The notes under the pieces: model-generated
Told to the model about the DNA's origin: nothing
Databases searched by the model: none
What the model saw: the letters and a program-made list of their open reading frames with translations, nothing else
Program-made: the position numbers and the translations under genes
Origin: Candidatus Daviesbacteria bacterium
GTDB lineage: Bacteria > Patescibacteriota > Microgenomatia > Daviesbacterales > UBA10151
Length of the DNA: 64,000 bases
Direction: 5' to 3'
Assembly (NCBI GenBank): GCA_016187035.1
Contig: JACPKL010000012.1
Location: 8,925-72,924 of the forward strand
In this document: one piece after another, positions 47,180 through 57,210 of the stretch
Layout: every line of letters begins with the position of its first letter
Position numbering within the stretch: position 1 is the stretch's first letter

Positions 47180-47275
47180 GAACCTGTTAAAATCTTTCGC
47201 AAGATAGATTTTGCATCAGCCTAAAAAACTGATAAATACAGGTCTCTAAGGATCCCGTCGCAAGGCGGGATTTTT
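47180..47275 (+). ncRNA. candidate structured ncRNA (three-way junction plus terminator)
   Basis: TTGACA at 47147; ACCTGT/ACAGGT closes AAAATCT/AGATTTT and ATCAG/CTGAT hairpins; ATCCCGTC-GCAA-GGCGGGAT-TTTT. Confidence 0.5.
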
Positions 47276-47780
47276 AGTATTGTCTGGGATCTAACAAATC
47301 CCTCATTTTTCGACGAGCTTGATATTGAAGCGCTCTTACAGCAGCCTCAGACCGGTCAGTAATCTGAGCAGTTTCTCGGATAGATCTCCCGTTAACGCAA
47401 CGCTCGTACAATACTCTTCTCTGAAGACTGGTCAGCTCCCTATCATATGTATCTTGTATTTCCTGAAATGTCTCGCGTTTAATTGCTATCTCTTCAGGAG
47501 TGGGAGCAGGGTCTACTAGGACTGCTGACAGGTCAACCGCCTGCCTGCGTCCCTTCCTTCTGAAGTGATCAACTAGTAGATGATAAGCTGTCCTGTTAAC
47601 ACAAGCCCCAAGGTTTACCCCTGGTCCTTCTTCCAAGTGGCCATAATGTTCCCAAACCCTTGTAAAAACCTCAGCAGCTAAATCCGCGCCAACCTCCGGA
47701 TCTCCTGTTTTAAAAGCTAAATACCTTTGGACTGGGCCTATACTCTTCTCATATAATTCTGCATATCGATCTGGGCTCAT
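47274..47780 (-). CDS. ECF sigma-70 factor
   Basis: DLAAEVF...W, LVDHFRR region 2; SIRETAQI....AVRALQYQA region 4. Confidence 0.85.
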   Translation of the reverse strand: MSPDRYAELYEKSIGPVQRYLAFKTGDPEVGADLAAEVFTRVWEHYGHLEEGPGVNLGACVNRTAYHLLVDHFRRKGRRQAVDLSAVLVDPAPTPEEIAIKRETFQEIQDTYDRELTSLQRRVLYERCVNGRSIRETAQITDRSEAAVRALQYQARRKMRDLLDPRQY

Positions 47781-47876
47781 TCTCGGTATTCTAGCATATA
47801 GATCAAAATTTTGACAGTCAAGGGTTCATCTGATTAGTAGAGATTCACCAAAGAAGCTGGTAAAATACCATAACAT

Positions 47877-47952
47877 GGTGGCTGTAGTTCAGTGGTAGAA
47901 CATCAGTTTGTGGAACTGAATGTCGGGGGTTCAATTCCCCTCAGCCACCCCA
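47877..47952 (+). tRNA. tRNA-His(GTG)
   Basis: G-1, TCAGT-TT-GTG-GA-ACTGA anticodon arm, CCA. Confidence 0.95.
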
Positions 47953-47977
47953 AACATATTTAGCCCCAGATTGAAAA

Positions 47978-49303
47978 TTATTTTGTAGTTACCTTTTTTG
48001 GGGTGATCAATATTTTATCTATCCTGTTGCCATCCATATCCATTACCTCAAACTTAAAATCTGTCCATTCCACTTTATCCCCGGAAGCAGGAATATGCCC
48101 AAGCCTATACATAATAAAACCTCCAACAGTGTGAAACACCCCTGATTTCTCATCAGGAAGTTTTTTTATATGAAAATAATCTTTAAATTCATCTATAGGT
48201 ACTAAACCGTCAACAAGGTACGTTCCATCTTCCCGTTTTGTTATTTCACGCTCATCTAACTCATCAATAGTAGGAATATCACCAACAATTGCCTCTAAGA
48301 TATCTGTTATAGATAGCAGTCCCTGAATATTGCCATACTCATCAACTACCACCGCCATATGAATTCCTGACTTTTTAAATAGTTCCAATACTTTTAACCC
48401 ATCCATACTTTCAGGTACAAAAAGAGGCTTATGGATAAACTTTTGCAGTTCGATCTTTTCTTCCAAAAGAAAGTGGGTCAATATATCTTCCGCTCTAACT
48501 ACGCCCACAATCTTATCAAGATTATCCCTGCATACCGGAAAATGAGCATGAGGATGTTTAGCGATTTTGTTCCTTAGTGTTTTAAAAGGGCTGTCGAGTC
48601 CAAGCCAAACAATCTCTTTCCTGGAAGTCATGAGGGTGTTTACTTTTTTATCAGATAATTTCAGGGTTCTTTCAACAATATCTTTTTCTGCAATATTAAA
48701 AATACCAGCCCTTGTTCCTTCTCCTATCAACATTCTAATTTCTTCTCCGCTAACAATAGGTTCACCTGATTGCCTAATTTGTAACAGACGCAGTACCCAA
48801 TCTGAGGAAAAGGTTAATAAACTAACAAGAGGAGAAGCAATAGAAGATAAAAAATTCATTGGATAAACCATAAATTTAGAGATTGTTTCAGGGTTATTTA
48901 AAGCTATTCTTTTTGGAACAAGTTCTCCTATAATCAGGGAAAGATAGGTAATAAATGCCACAACAAGTAAAATTGCAATACCTTCAGCGTATGGAGCTAT
49001 AAAAGATACACTCTCCAACGCAACGGATAAACTTTTGGCAATTGTTTCACCTCCAAAAGCGCCGGCAAAAATACCTACAAAAGTAATACCAATTTGCACT
49101 GTTGAAAGAAACCTGCTGGGAGATTGGGTCAGCTCTAATACTGCCTGTGCATTTTTACTTCCCTCATTTGCTTGTTGTTTAAGCCTTGATTTACGCGCAG
49201 AAACTATAGCAATTTCTGCCATGGCTAAAACTCCGTTGAGTATAATAAGTAACAAAATAATGATAATTTCCATATTTAAAACGAGATAATTATACTCTAT
49301 CAA
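47978..49303 (-). CDS. HlyC/CorC (CNNM + CBS) transporter
   Basis: FLSTVQIGIT, GELVPKRIAL, VVDEYG, DMDGNRIDK. Confidence 0.93.
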   Translation of the reverse strand: MIEYNYLVLNMEIIIILLLIILNGVLAMAEIAIVSARKSRLKQQANEGSKNAQAVLELTQSPSRFLSTVQIGITFVGIFAGAFGGETIAKSLSVALESVSFIAPYAEGIAILLVVAFITYLSLIIGELVPKRIALNNPETISKFMVYPMNFLSSIASPLVSLLTFSSDWVLRLLQIRQSGEPIVSGEEIRMLIGEGTRAGIFNIAEKDIVERTLKLSDKKVNTLMTSRKEIVWLGLDSPFKTLRNKIAKHPHAHFPVCRDNLDKIVGVVRAEDILTHFLLEEKIELQKFIHKPLFVPESMDGLKVLELFKKSGIHMAVVVDEYGNIQGLLSITDILEAIVGDIPTIDELDEREITKREDGTYLVDGLVPIDEFKDYFHIKKLPDEKSGVFHTVGGFIMYRLGHIPASGDKVEWTDFKFEVMDMDGNRIDKILITPKKVTTK

Positions 49304-49411
49304 AATTCTTTTAGGATCTTAATGAGGGTTTGAATACTATCCCAATTATGTATTGATATTGGAATAACCTTTGGTAATAATTTCTGCTTCATCTGCTAAC
49401 ATAGGGAATAT

Positions 49412-49861
49412 TTAAGAAGTTAGGGAATTAAAAAGTTTTTTAGCCTCGATGTCCCGTTTCTTAGCATTGATAACGCGCTCACCTACCACAATGTCACGCT
49501 TTATTTGAGAGGTAAGCGGCAATTTCAAAGCTTCATTGAATGTAAACCAGGTAAGGTTTCCGTTCTTTAAATGGTTAAACCTTTTAATATTTTTCACCTC
49601 AGCATAAAAAACATAGTTAAATTTATTTCTTGTATTATGAAGATAGTCGTAAACAGGGTATATATCTTTTGGCTTTAGGTCAAGGTTTAATAACTTATTT
49701 ATTATTCGTTTAAAAATAACCACAGCTTCCTCTCCTTCTACGTCTTCTTCTTCCATCGTAGACCACAAAGACTGGTCTGTTTCTGACCTAGATTGCACCA
49801 AAAGAATCTGGTTAGTTTTTGGATTATAGAGGAATCCGCTTACATAAAAGGGAGTTTGCAC
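49412..49861 (-). CDS. degenerate NUDIX-like protein
   Basis: GFLYN....ILL, W...EGEE....F.R pattern and WFTF.E. Confidence 0.55.
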   Translation of the reverse strand: MQTPFYVSGFLYNPKTNQILLVQSRSETDQSLWSTMEEEDVEGEEAVVIFKRIINKLLNLDLKPKDIYPVYDYLHNTRNKFNYVFYAEVKNIKRFNHLKNGNLTWFTFNEALKLPLTSQIKRDIVVGERVINAKKRDIEAKKLFNSLTS

Positions 49862-49882
49862 TTACGTAGTATACCACAAAAC

Positions 49883-50221
49883 TTAAGAGCAGTTGATACA
49901 AAATATAGTCAGGGGAATTGCCTGGAGTCTTTCTATACCAATTGTTTTACCACAAGATTCACAGGTACCATAAGTTCCGTTTTTAACCTTTTGCAGAGAC
50001 CGATTAATTTTATCTAAGGTTTCCTGAAAACTGCGTTTTACGATAAACAGCCTGCTATTTCTTTCAAATTTAATAGCAGCTGAAGCAATTTCTTCACTGT
50101 CTATCATAACCCCACTAAATTGTATCTCTTCATAATCCATCTCTTTTAAATATGACTCTAATTGATCCTTTTTCTGCAAAAGAGAATTTTCCAATGCAAC
50201 TTTATCCATTTCCATTAACAC
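49883..50221 (-). CDS. TraR/DksA C4 zinc-finger protein
   Basis: GTYGTCESCG..I..ERLQAIP....CINC. Confidence 0.88.
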   Translation of the reverse strand: MLMEMDKVALENSLLQKKDQLESYLKEMDYEEIQFSGVMIDSEEIASAAIKFERNSRLFIVKRSFQETLDKINRSLQKVKNGTYGTCESCGKTIGIERLQAIPLTIFCINCS

Positions 50222-50294
50222 TAATTAATATTAAATGGGAATTGTAAGAAATCAATAAAAATATACTAAGAGATAGGTAAAACAAGTTTGCTAC

Positions 50295-50561
50295 TCAGTT
50301 TTTCTTCTCGGTTAGCTTTTTAGGACTTTTTTTAGCCTCATCAAGGGCTCTTTCGCCTCTTTCCCTTAAATCCATTGCTACTTTGGTAATTTCTTGGAAT
50401 ATTTTATTACCTTCTTTTTGCATATCTCCTAGAGCTTTTTCTGCTTTTTTCCTTGTTTTTTCATCAGACAAAGCTATAGCTGCTGCAGCTGCTGCTGCTC
50501 CAATCACTGCTCCAGCTACTCCCGTTGCCCAAGGGCTTGCCCCTTTTTTTTCATCAGCCAT
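50295..50561 (-). CDS. YtxH-like hypothetical protein
   Basis: GAVIGAAAAAA hydrophobic stretch followed by charged helix. Confidence 0.6.
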   Translation of the reverse strand: MADEKKGASPWATGVAGAVIGAAAAAAAIALSDEKTRKKAEKALGDMQKEGNKIFQEITKVAMDLRERGERALDEAKKSPKKLTEKKN

Positions 50562-50565
50562 ATTA

Positions 50566-50790
50566 TCACCCCCTTCTTTTAAAAAATCCGCTAAAGATTG
50601 CTATTAATGCTCCTGGTATTGCTGCCAATATTTTCAAACCTGCTTTTCTTTCTAAATCGTTTGTGAAATTAGTCAGGGATCTTAAAGCTTTAACAAAATA
50701 ATAAGTAATATATACAACACATGATGTAACTACCAGTAAACTTAATATTAAAAATATATTTAGTATTTCCTGGCTGGTCATCATTAGCAT
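50566..50790 (-). CDS. small membrane protein
   Basis: TM helix; co-oriented with neighbour. Confidence 0.55.
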   Translation of the reverse strand: MLMMTSQEILNIFLILSLLVVTSCVVYITYYFVKALRSLTNFTNDLERKAGLKILAAIPGALIAIFSGFFKRRG

Positions 50791-50826
50791 TATACCATTA
50801 TCTATGGTAGAATTATTATTAAGTTT

Positions 50827-51192
50827 ATGACTGAAGTTTTATCACTTATTCCTACTACAGTCTTAGGTTATTATACATTTAAGGCAACCAGCCATCCTAC
50901 CTCTAGAATTAGAAAGAGGATGCCTAATGTTAAACTAAAGAGAGTTCAGGTATTCCCTGTTTTAAGGGTATATTTATTTGGCAGGGTTTTTCATCTGCAC
51001 CATTGGTTTCTTTTTTCTATTTTGCTTATATTATCTATCTTTGCCTCAATTGGGATATTGGATTTGGTGTTTACCAGGGGTATGCTGTTGGGAGGTATTA
51101 TTCAGGGTTTAACTTTGCCAAAAGGCCACAGGAAAATAGTTTACAGGGATTTTTCTTATGAAAGTTTAGTTTCACCTTCAGAACGTAAGTAA
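50827..51192 (+). CDS. hypothetical membrane protein
   Basis: HLHHW motif followed by TM helices. Confidence 0.6.
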   Translation: MTEVLSLIPTTVLGYYTFKATSHPTSRIRKRMPNVKLKRVQVFPVLRVYLFGRVFHLHHWFLFSILLILSIFASIGILDLVFTRGMLLGGIIQGLTLPKGHRKIVYRDFSYESLVSPSERK

Positions 51193-51196
51193 TTCC

Positions 51197-51781
51197 ATGA
51201 TTGTGCTTACTGGTAAAACAGCATCAGGAAAAGATACCATTGCTTATAAATTACTGTTAAAATACCCGTTACTTAAAAGAGTTATCACTACAACTTCGCG
51301 TATTCCAAGAAAAGATGAAACAAATGGCAAGGATTATTATTTTCTAACCAGGGAAGAATTTAATGAAAAAATTAAAAATGGAGAGTTTGCAGAATATGTT
51401 GGTTACGGAGGGAATCTATACGGGACTTTTAAAAAAGAACTGGAACAAGCCTTAATCTCGGACACTCTTTGGAGAATAGATCCATCAAGGGCAGGAGAAG
51501 TTCGGGAGTTTATTAAAAGAACATTTCCTTCTGGGGAGGCACAAGATTTAATTCAGAGAGTAGTTGTTATTTATATTACTACAGCTGACAAAGTTATCCT
51601 TGAAAGACTCAAAAATAGAGGTTTATCTGAATCTGAAATTATAAAGAGAATGAATGATGATAATAAAATCTGGCAAAAGTATAGCCAAAAATATGACTTT
51701 GTAGTAGAAAATGCGCCGGGTAGACTGGATCAAACCCTCAACAAAATTATCAGTATTCTAGGTTCAAACCCCAGGGGTTGA
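51197..51781 (+). CDS. gmk: guanylate kinase
   Basis: GKTASGKDT, TTTSR.PR..E.NGKDYYF, GNLYGT. Confidence 0.88.
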   Translation: MIVLTGKTASGKDTIAYKLLLKYPLLKRVITTTSRIPRKDETNGKDYYFLTREEFNEKIKNGEFAEYVGYGGNLYGTFKKELEQALISDTLWRIDPSRAGEVREFIKRTFPSGEAQDLIQRVVVIYITTADKVILERLKNRGLSESEIIKRMNDDNKIWQKYSQKYDFVVENAPGRLDQTLNKIISILGSNPRG

Positions 51782-51819
51782 ATAGCTTTGAACCCCTGGA
51801 ATTAGCCTTATTTTATTTC

Positions 51820-52818
51820 ATGAAAAAGAATTTTTTAAAATTTTTAATAGCTGGATTAATTATTTTAGCTCTGGTTGGTTTTTTTGTTTTTAAACCAAAA
51901 AATAATGCCCAGAAGCTGGAATTTACAACTATTAAAAGGCAGGATATCAGATCAACTGTTTCCTCATCAGGTTCTTTATCAGGTAAAAATACAGCAAACC
52001 TAAAGTTTAAATCAGCCGGAAAATTAGCTTATCTTAATATTAAAGAAGGGGATAAGGTTTTTGCAGGACAAGTTATTGCAGGCTTGGATACCCAGACGCT
52101 TAGTATTGCCCTTCAGCAGGCCCAGAATACCTTTGTTTCTAAGGATGCAGCTGCCAAAAAGGCTGAGGATGATGTTAAAAACCATGATAAAGATGAGACT
52201 TTTGCCCAGAAAGAAACCAGAATCTCAACCCAGGTTGCCAGGGATAATGCTTATGATAGTGTGAAAGAAGCTCAAAGAGCTTTTGGTGATGCTGTAATTG
52301 CCTCTCCTATATCAGGTTTAGTTACCCAGGCTGATTCTCTGCCCGGACAAAATGTTTCAACCACAGATATAATTGCTCAAATAGTTGATACTTCTGAAAT
52401 TATTTTTGATACAGATGTTGATGAGGCTGATATTGGTAAAATATCTCAAGGCCTGCCTGCAGAAATTACTTTGGATGCTTATGGAGATAAAATATTTAAA
52501 GGTCAGGTTAATCAGATTTTACCTCAAACCAAAACTACCGCTTCCGGTGCCACAGTTGTAACAGTTAAAATCAAGTTAAGTGATCCTCCTCAAAATTTTG
52601 TGGATGGGTTAACAGGGCAGGCAATAATTATTTTGGAGGAGGTCAAAAATGCTTTAACTATTCCTGTTGATGCCCTCAGGGAAGATGGCAGTGTATTTAC
52701 TCAAAACAATCAAAACATTAAGGTCAAAACCGGTATCAGGTCTGATACTGATGTGGAAATAAAAGAAGGATTAGAGGAAAAAGAAAAGGTATTGCTTAAT
52801 CCTCCAGCTAAAAAATGA
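51820..52818 (+). CDS. MacA-like periplasmic adaptor (start re-called at ATG 51820)
   Basis: N-terminal TM, KEGDKV..GQ lipoyl half-motif, SPISG, VDEADI. Confidence 0.88.
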   Translation: MKKNFLKFLIAGLIILALVGFFVFKPKNNAQKLEFTTIKRQDIRSTVSSSGSLSGKNTANLKFKSAGKLAYLNIKEGDKVFAGQVIAGLDTQTLSIALQQAQNTFVSKDAAAKKAEDDVKNHDKDETFAQKETRISTQVARDNAYDSVKEAQRAFGDAVIASPISGLVTQADSLPGQNVSTTDIIAQIVDTSEIIFDTDVDEADIGKISQGLPAEITLDAYGDKIFKGQVNQILPQTKTTASGATVVTVKIKLSDPPQNFVDGLTGQAIIILEEVKNALTIPVDALREDGSVFTQNNQNIKVKTGIRSDTDVEIKEGLEEKEKVLLNPPAKK

Positions 52819-53480
52819 GCCTGGTAAAACTTTCCAAGATTAATAAAACCTATCAGTCGGGCGAGGTCACTTTTCAGGCCTTAAAAAATATAAATTTAGA
52901 AGTTAAAAAAGGTGAATTTATAGCAATTATTGGAGCTTCAGGCTCAGGTAAATCTACTTTGATGAATATTATCGGGCTCCTGGACCACCCTACAGATGGT
53001 TTATATGAGCTTGACAGCCAAAATGTCTCTTTTCTTAAAGAAGACAGCAAAGCTAAATTACGGAATCAAAAAATAGGTTTTGTTTTCCAGTCATTTAACC
53101 TGTTACCGCGGACTTCTGCTTTGGAGAATGTAGCTTTGCCTTTAATTTATGCAGGAGTTTCCAAGGCAGAAAGGCTACTTAAAGCAAAAGAAGCCTTAAA
53201 ACAGGTTGGTTTAGCCGAAAAGTCTCAATCCCATCCCAACCAGTTATCAGGAGGGCAGCAGCAAAGGGTGGCAATTGCCAGGGCACTAGTCATCCAGCCT
53301 GACATATTTTTAGCAGATGAGCCCACCGGCAACCTGGATACAAAATCCGGTGAAGAGATTATGAGGATCTTTGAACAGCTGCACAAGGAGGGTAAAACTA
53401 TCATTATGATTACCCATGAGATGGGTATTGCCAAACATGCTAAAAGAATTATCAGGCTTAAAGACGGAGAAATAATTTAA
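52815..53480 (+). CDS. MacB-like ABC ATPase
   Basis: [25 protein letters not shown]. Confidence 0.95.
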   Translation: MSLVKLSKINKTYQSGEVTFQALKNINLEVKKGEFIAIIGASGSGKSTLMNIIGLLDHPTDGLYELDSQNVSFLKEDSKAKLRNQKIGFVFQSFNLLPRTSALENVALPLIYAGVSKAERLLKAKEALKQVGLAEKSQSHPNQLSGGQQQRVAIARALVIQPDIFLADEPTGNLDTKSGEEIMRIFEQLHKEGKTIIMITHEMGIAKHAKRIIRLKDGEII

Positions 53481-53482
53481 TT

Positions 53483-54673
53483 ATGGATATTAGTGAGACT
53501 ACCCGGTCAGCTTTTACAGCCATTTTGGCTAATAAAATGAGGTCTTTTTTAACTATTTTAGGAATTGTGATTGGTGTAACTTCGGTTATTTTATTAATTT
53601 CTCTGGTTGTGGGCCTGCAAACTTTTATCACCAACCAGATTCAGGGTTTAGGTTCAAATTTGCTATTTGTGATTCCCGGCAGGTTAGGCGGTGCCCGCTC
53701 CCCTGGCGGAGTGCAGGCAAACAGGCTGGAATTTTCAGATGCCGTTAGCTTAAGAAGCAAGCTGGGGTCTGAAGCCCAGGTTTCAGCAGTCATCCAAAGG
53801 ACAGCTACTTTAAAATTTGGCAATAAAACAGATAAAGGTGCTGCTGTTTTTGGTGTTGAAGCTAATTATCCTAAAATTATCTCCATTAAACTTGCGGAAG
53901 GGCGTTTTTTTAAAGAGTCAGAAGTACAATCTGTCAGAAAAGTAGCAGTGATTGGCCAGACTGTCAGAAAAAACCTTTTTGGCAGTAGCCAGGTGATCGG
54001 ACAAGCAGTGGATGTTGCAGGTTTGAAGTACACTGTTATAGGTATTTCAGCGCCAAGGGGGTCAACTTTTGGGATAGACCAGGATAATTCTATTATTCTT
54101 CCCTTTCCTGCTGCCCAAAGGCAGTTTGGCATCAACAGGCTTAATACTATTTATATTTCTGCAAAAGGGGCTGATAATGTAAAACCTGTCCAGGAAAAAG
54201 CTGTAAAAGTTTTAAAAAAAAGATTAACTGAAGATGATTTTACTATCCAGTCCCAGGAACAGACCCTTTCCACTATCTCACAAATAACATCTGTTTTAAC
54301 TTTAGCTTTAGGAGGGGTTGCTGCTATTTCTTTAATAGTTGGGGGGATTGGGATTATGAATATCATGCTGGTGACTGTAGCAGAAAGAACAAGGGAAATA
54401 GGTTTAAGAAAAGCTTTGGGGGCAAGGCCAAAAGATATTAGAAGTCAGTTTTTAATTGAGGCTGTGGTTTTATCAGGTTTAGGAGGAATAATTGGGATTA
54501 TTTTAGGCATTATTATTTCATTTATTATAGGCAGGTTTTTTACTACCACTGTCCCTCTCTGGTCTGTTGCTTTATCTTTTGGATTTTCTATGCTGGTAGG
54601 TATAATTTTTGGAGTTACCCCAGCCATCAGGGCAGCCAAACTCGACCCCATCCAGGCTCTAAGATATGAATAG
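53483..54673 (+). CDS. MacB-like ABC permease
   Basis: RSFLTILGIVIG, ERTREIGLRKALGA, DPIQALRYE. Confidence 0.95.
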   Translation: MDISETTRSAFTAILANKMRSFLTILGIVIGVTSVILLISLVVGLQTFITNQIQGLGSNLLFVIPGRLGGARSPGGVQANRLEFSDAVSLRSKLGSEAQVSAVIQRTATLKFGNKTDKGAAVFGVEANYPKIISIKLAEGRFFKESEVQSVRKVAVIGQTVRKNLFGSSQVIGQAVDVAGLKYTVIGISAPRGSTFGIDQDNSIILPFPAAQRQFGINRLNTIYISAKGADNVKPVQEKAVKVLKKRLTEDDFTIQSQEQTLSTISQITSVLTLALGGVAAISLIVGGIGIMNIMLVTVAERTREIGLRKALGARPKDIRSQFLIEAVVLSGLGGIIGIILGIIISFIIGRFFTTTVPLWSVALSFGFSMLVGIIFGVTPAIRAAKLDPIQALRYE

Positions 54674-54823
54674 CTTTGAACCCCAGGAATTAGCCTTATT
54701 TTATATTAATAATAAGTAAACATCCTACCTCCGAGGTAGAAGTGAAGCTACACCTAGGGTCTTTCTACAAATTTTGCATATTCTGTTGACTTCTCAATAT
54801 AATGTTAATAGAATAAAACAATT

Positions 54824-55705
54824 ATGCTGGAGCAGGAACAGGCTCTCTGGGCAGCTGTCCACCGCAGAGAAGTTACATTAGCAAGTAAGAATAATCTGCA
54901 AGAGGGCTATTCTGATACTACACAGGCAATAATTTATGAGGGCGATATAGCAATTGAAGCATTGGCTCTGCAGTATGATTCATCAGTTAAATATGTGATG
55001 GTAAGAACAGCTTTAAACTTTGGTCCACTAACCACTCCGGATGACCAGTATCAAAACGGCAGATTAGGTCTTGTTGAAGCAATCAGGAGCTTTAATCCAA
55101 ATAATGGCGCACCGTTCCTATCGTATGCAATACCCCATATCCGCGGAGCCATGCTAGACGCTGAGCGGGATGCCTCATTTTTACCTAGAAGCGCTACAGA
55201 TCGTGGGTTGCTTGTTGAAAGAGTAACAAACAGATTCTTTCAAAATCATGGTACAAAACTAACTGAATCAGAATTATTGAAACTATGCCAGACTAAAGAT
55301 CAATTGTTAAAAACCACCAAACAGCTGCGGCAAGCACAACAAGCTCTCAGCATGACTATTGTTTCCCTAGATGAACCTATAGACGATGAGGGAGATGGTG
55401 TTAGAGGAGATTTTGTGACAGACGATGCTAATGTAACTCCAGAGCAGGCTGTAATAAGAGCAGAAGAGATGATAAGCTTGAGAGGAGCTATCACCACACT
55501 TCAAAGGCGCGACCAAATTTTGATTAATCTCCATTACGAGAAAGGGATGACTTTTGCTGAGATCGCAAGAATTCTTGAGACTTCTGAATCAGCAGTGTTT
55601 CAACTCCATGATAGAGTAAAAAAGAGACTACGCAGACAGCTAGGAATAACTGACTCCATATCAAGAAAGTGTTTTTCTCCTTCGCTTAAATGGAGTAAGC
55701 CTTAA
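54824..55705 (+). CDS. FliA/WhiG-like sigma factor
   Basis: GLVEAIRSFNP..G..F.SYA..HIRGAMLD, VSLD, MTFAEIARIL..SESAV.QLH. Confidence 0.8.
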   Translation: MLEQEQALWAAVHRREVTLASKNNLQEGYSDTTQAIIYEGDIAIEALALQYDSSVKYVMVRTALNFGPLTTPDDQYQNGRLGLVEAIRSFNPNNGAPFLSYAIPHIRGAMLDAERDASFLPRSATDRGLLVERVTNRFFQNHGTKLTESELLKLCQTKDQLLKTTKQLRQAQQALSMTIVSLDEPIDDEGDGVRGDFVTDDANVTPEQAVIRAEEMISLRGAITTLQRRDQILINLHYEKGMTFAEIARILETSESAVFQLHDRVKKRLRRQLGITDSISRKCFSPSLKWSKP

Positions 55706-56110
55706 ACAAGCTGCGCAAACACTCAAAGTATCAACTAATAAGATAAAAGATGAAGAACAGCAAGCGCGAAGTGTTATCGAAAGGGATGTTCTTCAGCCAC
55801 GCGGTTTCGAAAGGCTTCCAGAGGCGCTTGCAAGCCTGGACTTGATATATATTCACCGCACTTACCTGCCAACTAATGGGAAATTTTGGAAACTTCCAAC
55901 CACTGTAAGGTAATCTCCTTAATGAACCCCAGGGGTTGAATACGTTCAAACCCCAGGAAATAAATGATCTAGTTTGAAATCTAGATGCTGTATATTGCTG
56001 TATATTAAAGAAGTAAAAGATATGAGACTAGAGCAAGATATGCATGTTCAAAAACATAGAGATATAGATGACAAGTTTAAGGGATTAGAATCTGCAATGA
56101 AGGTTGTAAA

Positions 56111-56710
56111 CTAAATCTTTTTTTGGGAGTATTCTTCTGGAGTAAACCAGCTGGCTTCCGGAACACTTTTGTAAGAAGGATTTTTAACTAAGGTTGGTTT
56201 GCCATTTTCCTCAACCACATAATAGGCAAAGCCTCTCATTTTTTTAACTGCTTCATAATCAGCATGGCCTGGTAAGGAGACCGGATCTTTTTCTTCCATA
56301 TTTACAGGTGAATCATCAAAAGTTACCAGCCATACTTTTCCTGTATTTACTACCAAATGCCCTGTGCCTGAAGGAATATATACCCTGTCTCCCTGCTTAA
56401 CGGGAATGGCTATAAAAGATTCAATTTCATCATCAACAGGATTCCCGCTATCCTCTCCTTTTCTTTTTTGTAAAAGCACAATCCCCTCTCCTTCGGCAAT
56501 ATTATATGTTTCATCCAAATGCCCTATATGATAATGGCCATAAGTTTTAATATACTCCCCCCCAACAGTACCAACTTCCCAAACAGTCACATTGGTTTTA
56601 TCAGAACCACCCCTTATCATGTAATAATGGATCTGGGGTCCTTCTGCTTCAGGGTGAAGGAGCACCTCTTTCATCTTCTCATGACTTCTTTCAGCAAAAG
56701 GCTTTAGCAT
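56111..56710 (-). CDS. cupin-type glucose-6-phosphate isomerase
   Basis: EYIKTYGHYH, GEG..LLQ, IPSGTGH..VN. Confidence 0.8.
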   Translation of the reverse strand: MLKPFAERSHEKMKEVLLHPEAEGPQIHYYMIRGGSDKTNVTVWEVGTVGGEYIKTYGHYHIGHLDETYNIAEGEGIVLLQKRKGEDSGNPVDDEIESFIAIPVKQGDRVYIPSGTGHLVVNTGKVWLVTFDDSPVNMEEKDPVSLPGHADYEAVKKMRGFAYYVVEENGKPTLVKNPSYKSVPEASWFTPEEYSQKKI

Positions 56711-56781
56711 ATTTTTAGTGTGACATACTTTTCCTCACTTGACAAGTAGGATTGGCGAAATTAGTCAGTGTTTCCCAGTAA

Positions 56782-56875
56782 TGTCATTGCGAGGCCGCAC
56801 CTTTTTCTAAAGGTGCGTGCCGTGGCAATCTTCCCACTTGAGGTGGAAGATTCCTCGGATGCACTCGGAATGACA
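56782..56875. repeat. family A repeat dimer with outer inverted repeat
   Basis: TGTCATTGCGAG..GCAATCT + AGATTCC..CGGAATGACA; flanks TTCCCAG/CTGGGAA. Confidence 0.85.
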
Positions 56876-57210
56876 AGCTCGCTGGGAAGAACTAATTAGT
56901 TTCATTTTCCTTATTTGATATTTTAATATCCATATTATATACTCTACAGGCTTAAAAATATGGCTACAATGGTTGAGGTGGGTCCATTAAGAAGATTCTG
57001 TGAAGAAGATTTTGAAGCCAGCTTAGGCAGCTTCCAACAGACTACCGGTAAATCTAAGAGAGAATCTAGCAGAATTGCTCTAGGTTTTACGCCAGTTATT
57101 ATTATCCCCCGGGAAAAAGTTAGACCTGATATAGGGGTAAATGTAGAATTATTAAATATGACTCCCAATATCAAGGTAGATTACTAACAGATCCTTTAAG
57201 GCCTTCCTGG

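Noticed and set aside
51778..51819. TTG start of the adaptor gene
   Set aside because: Extension is repeat-derived; ATG 51820 precedes the TM segment.
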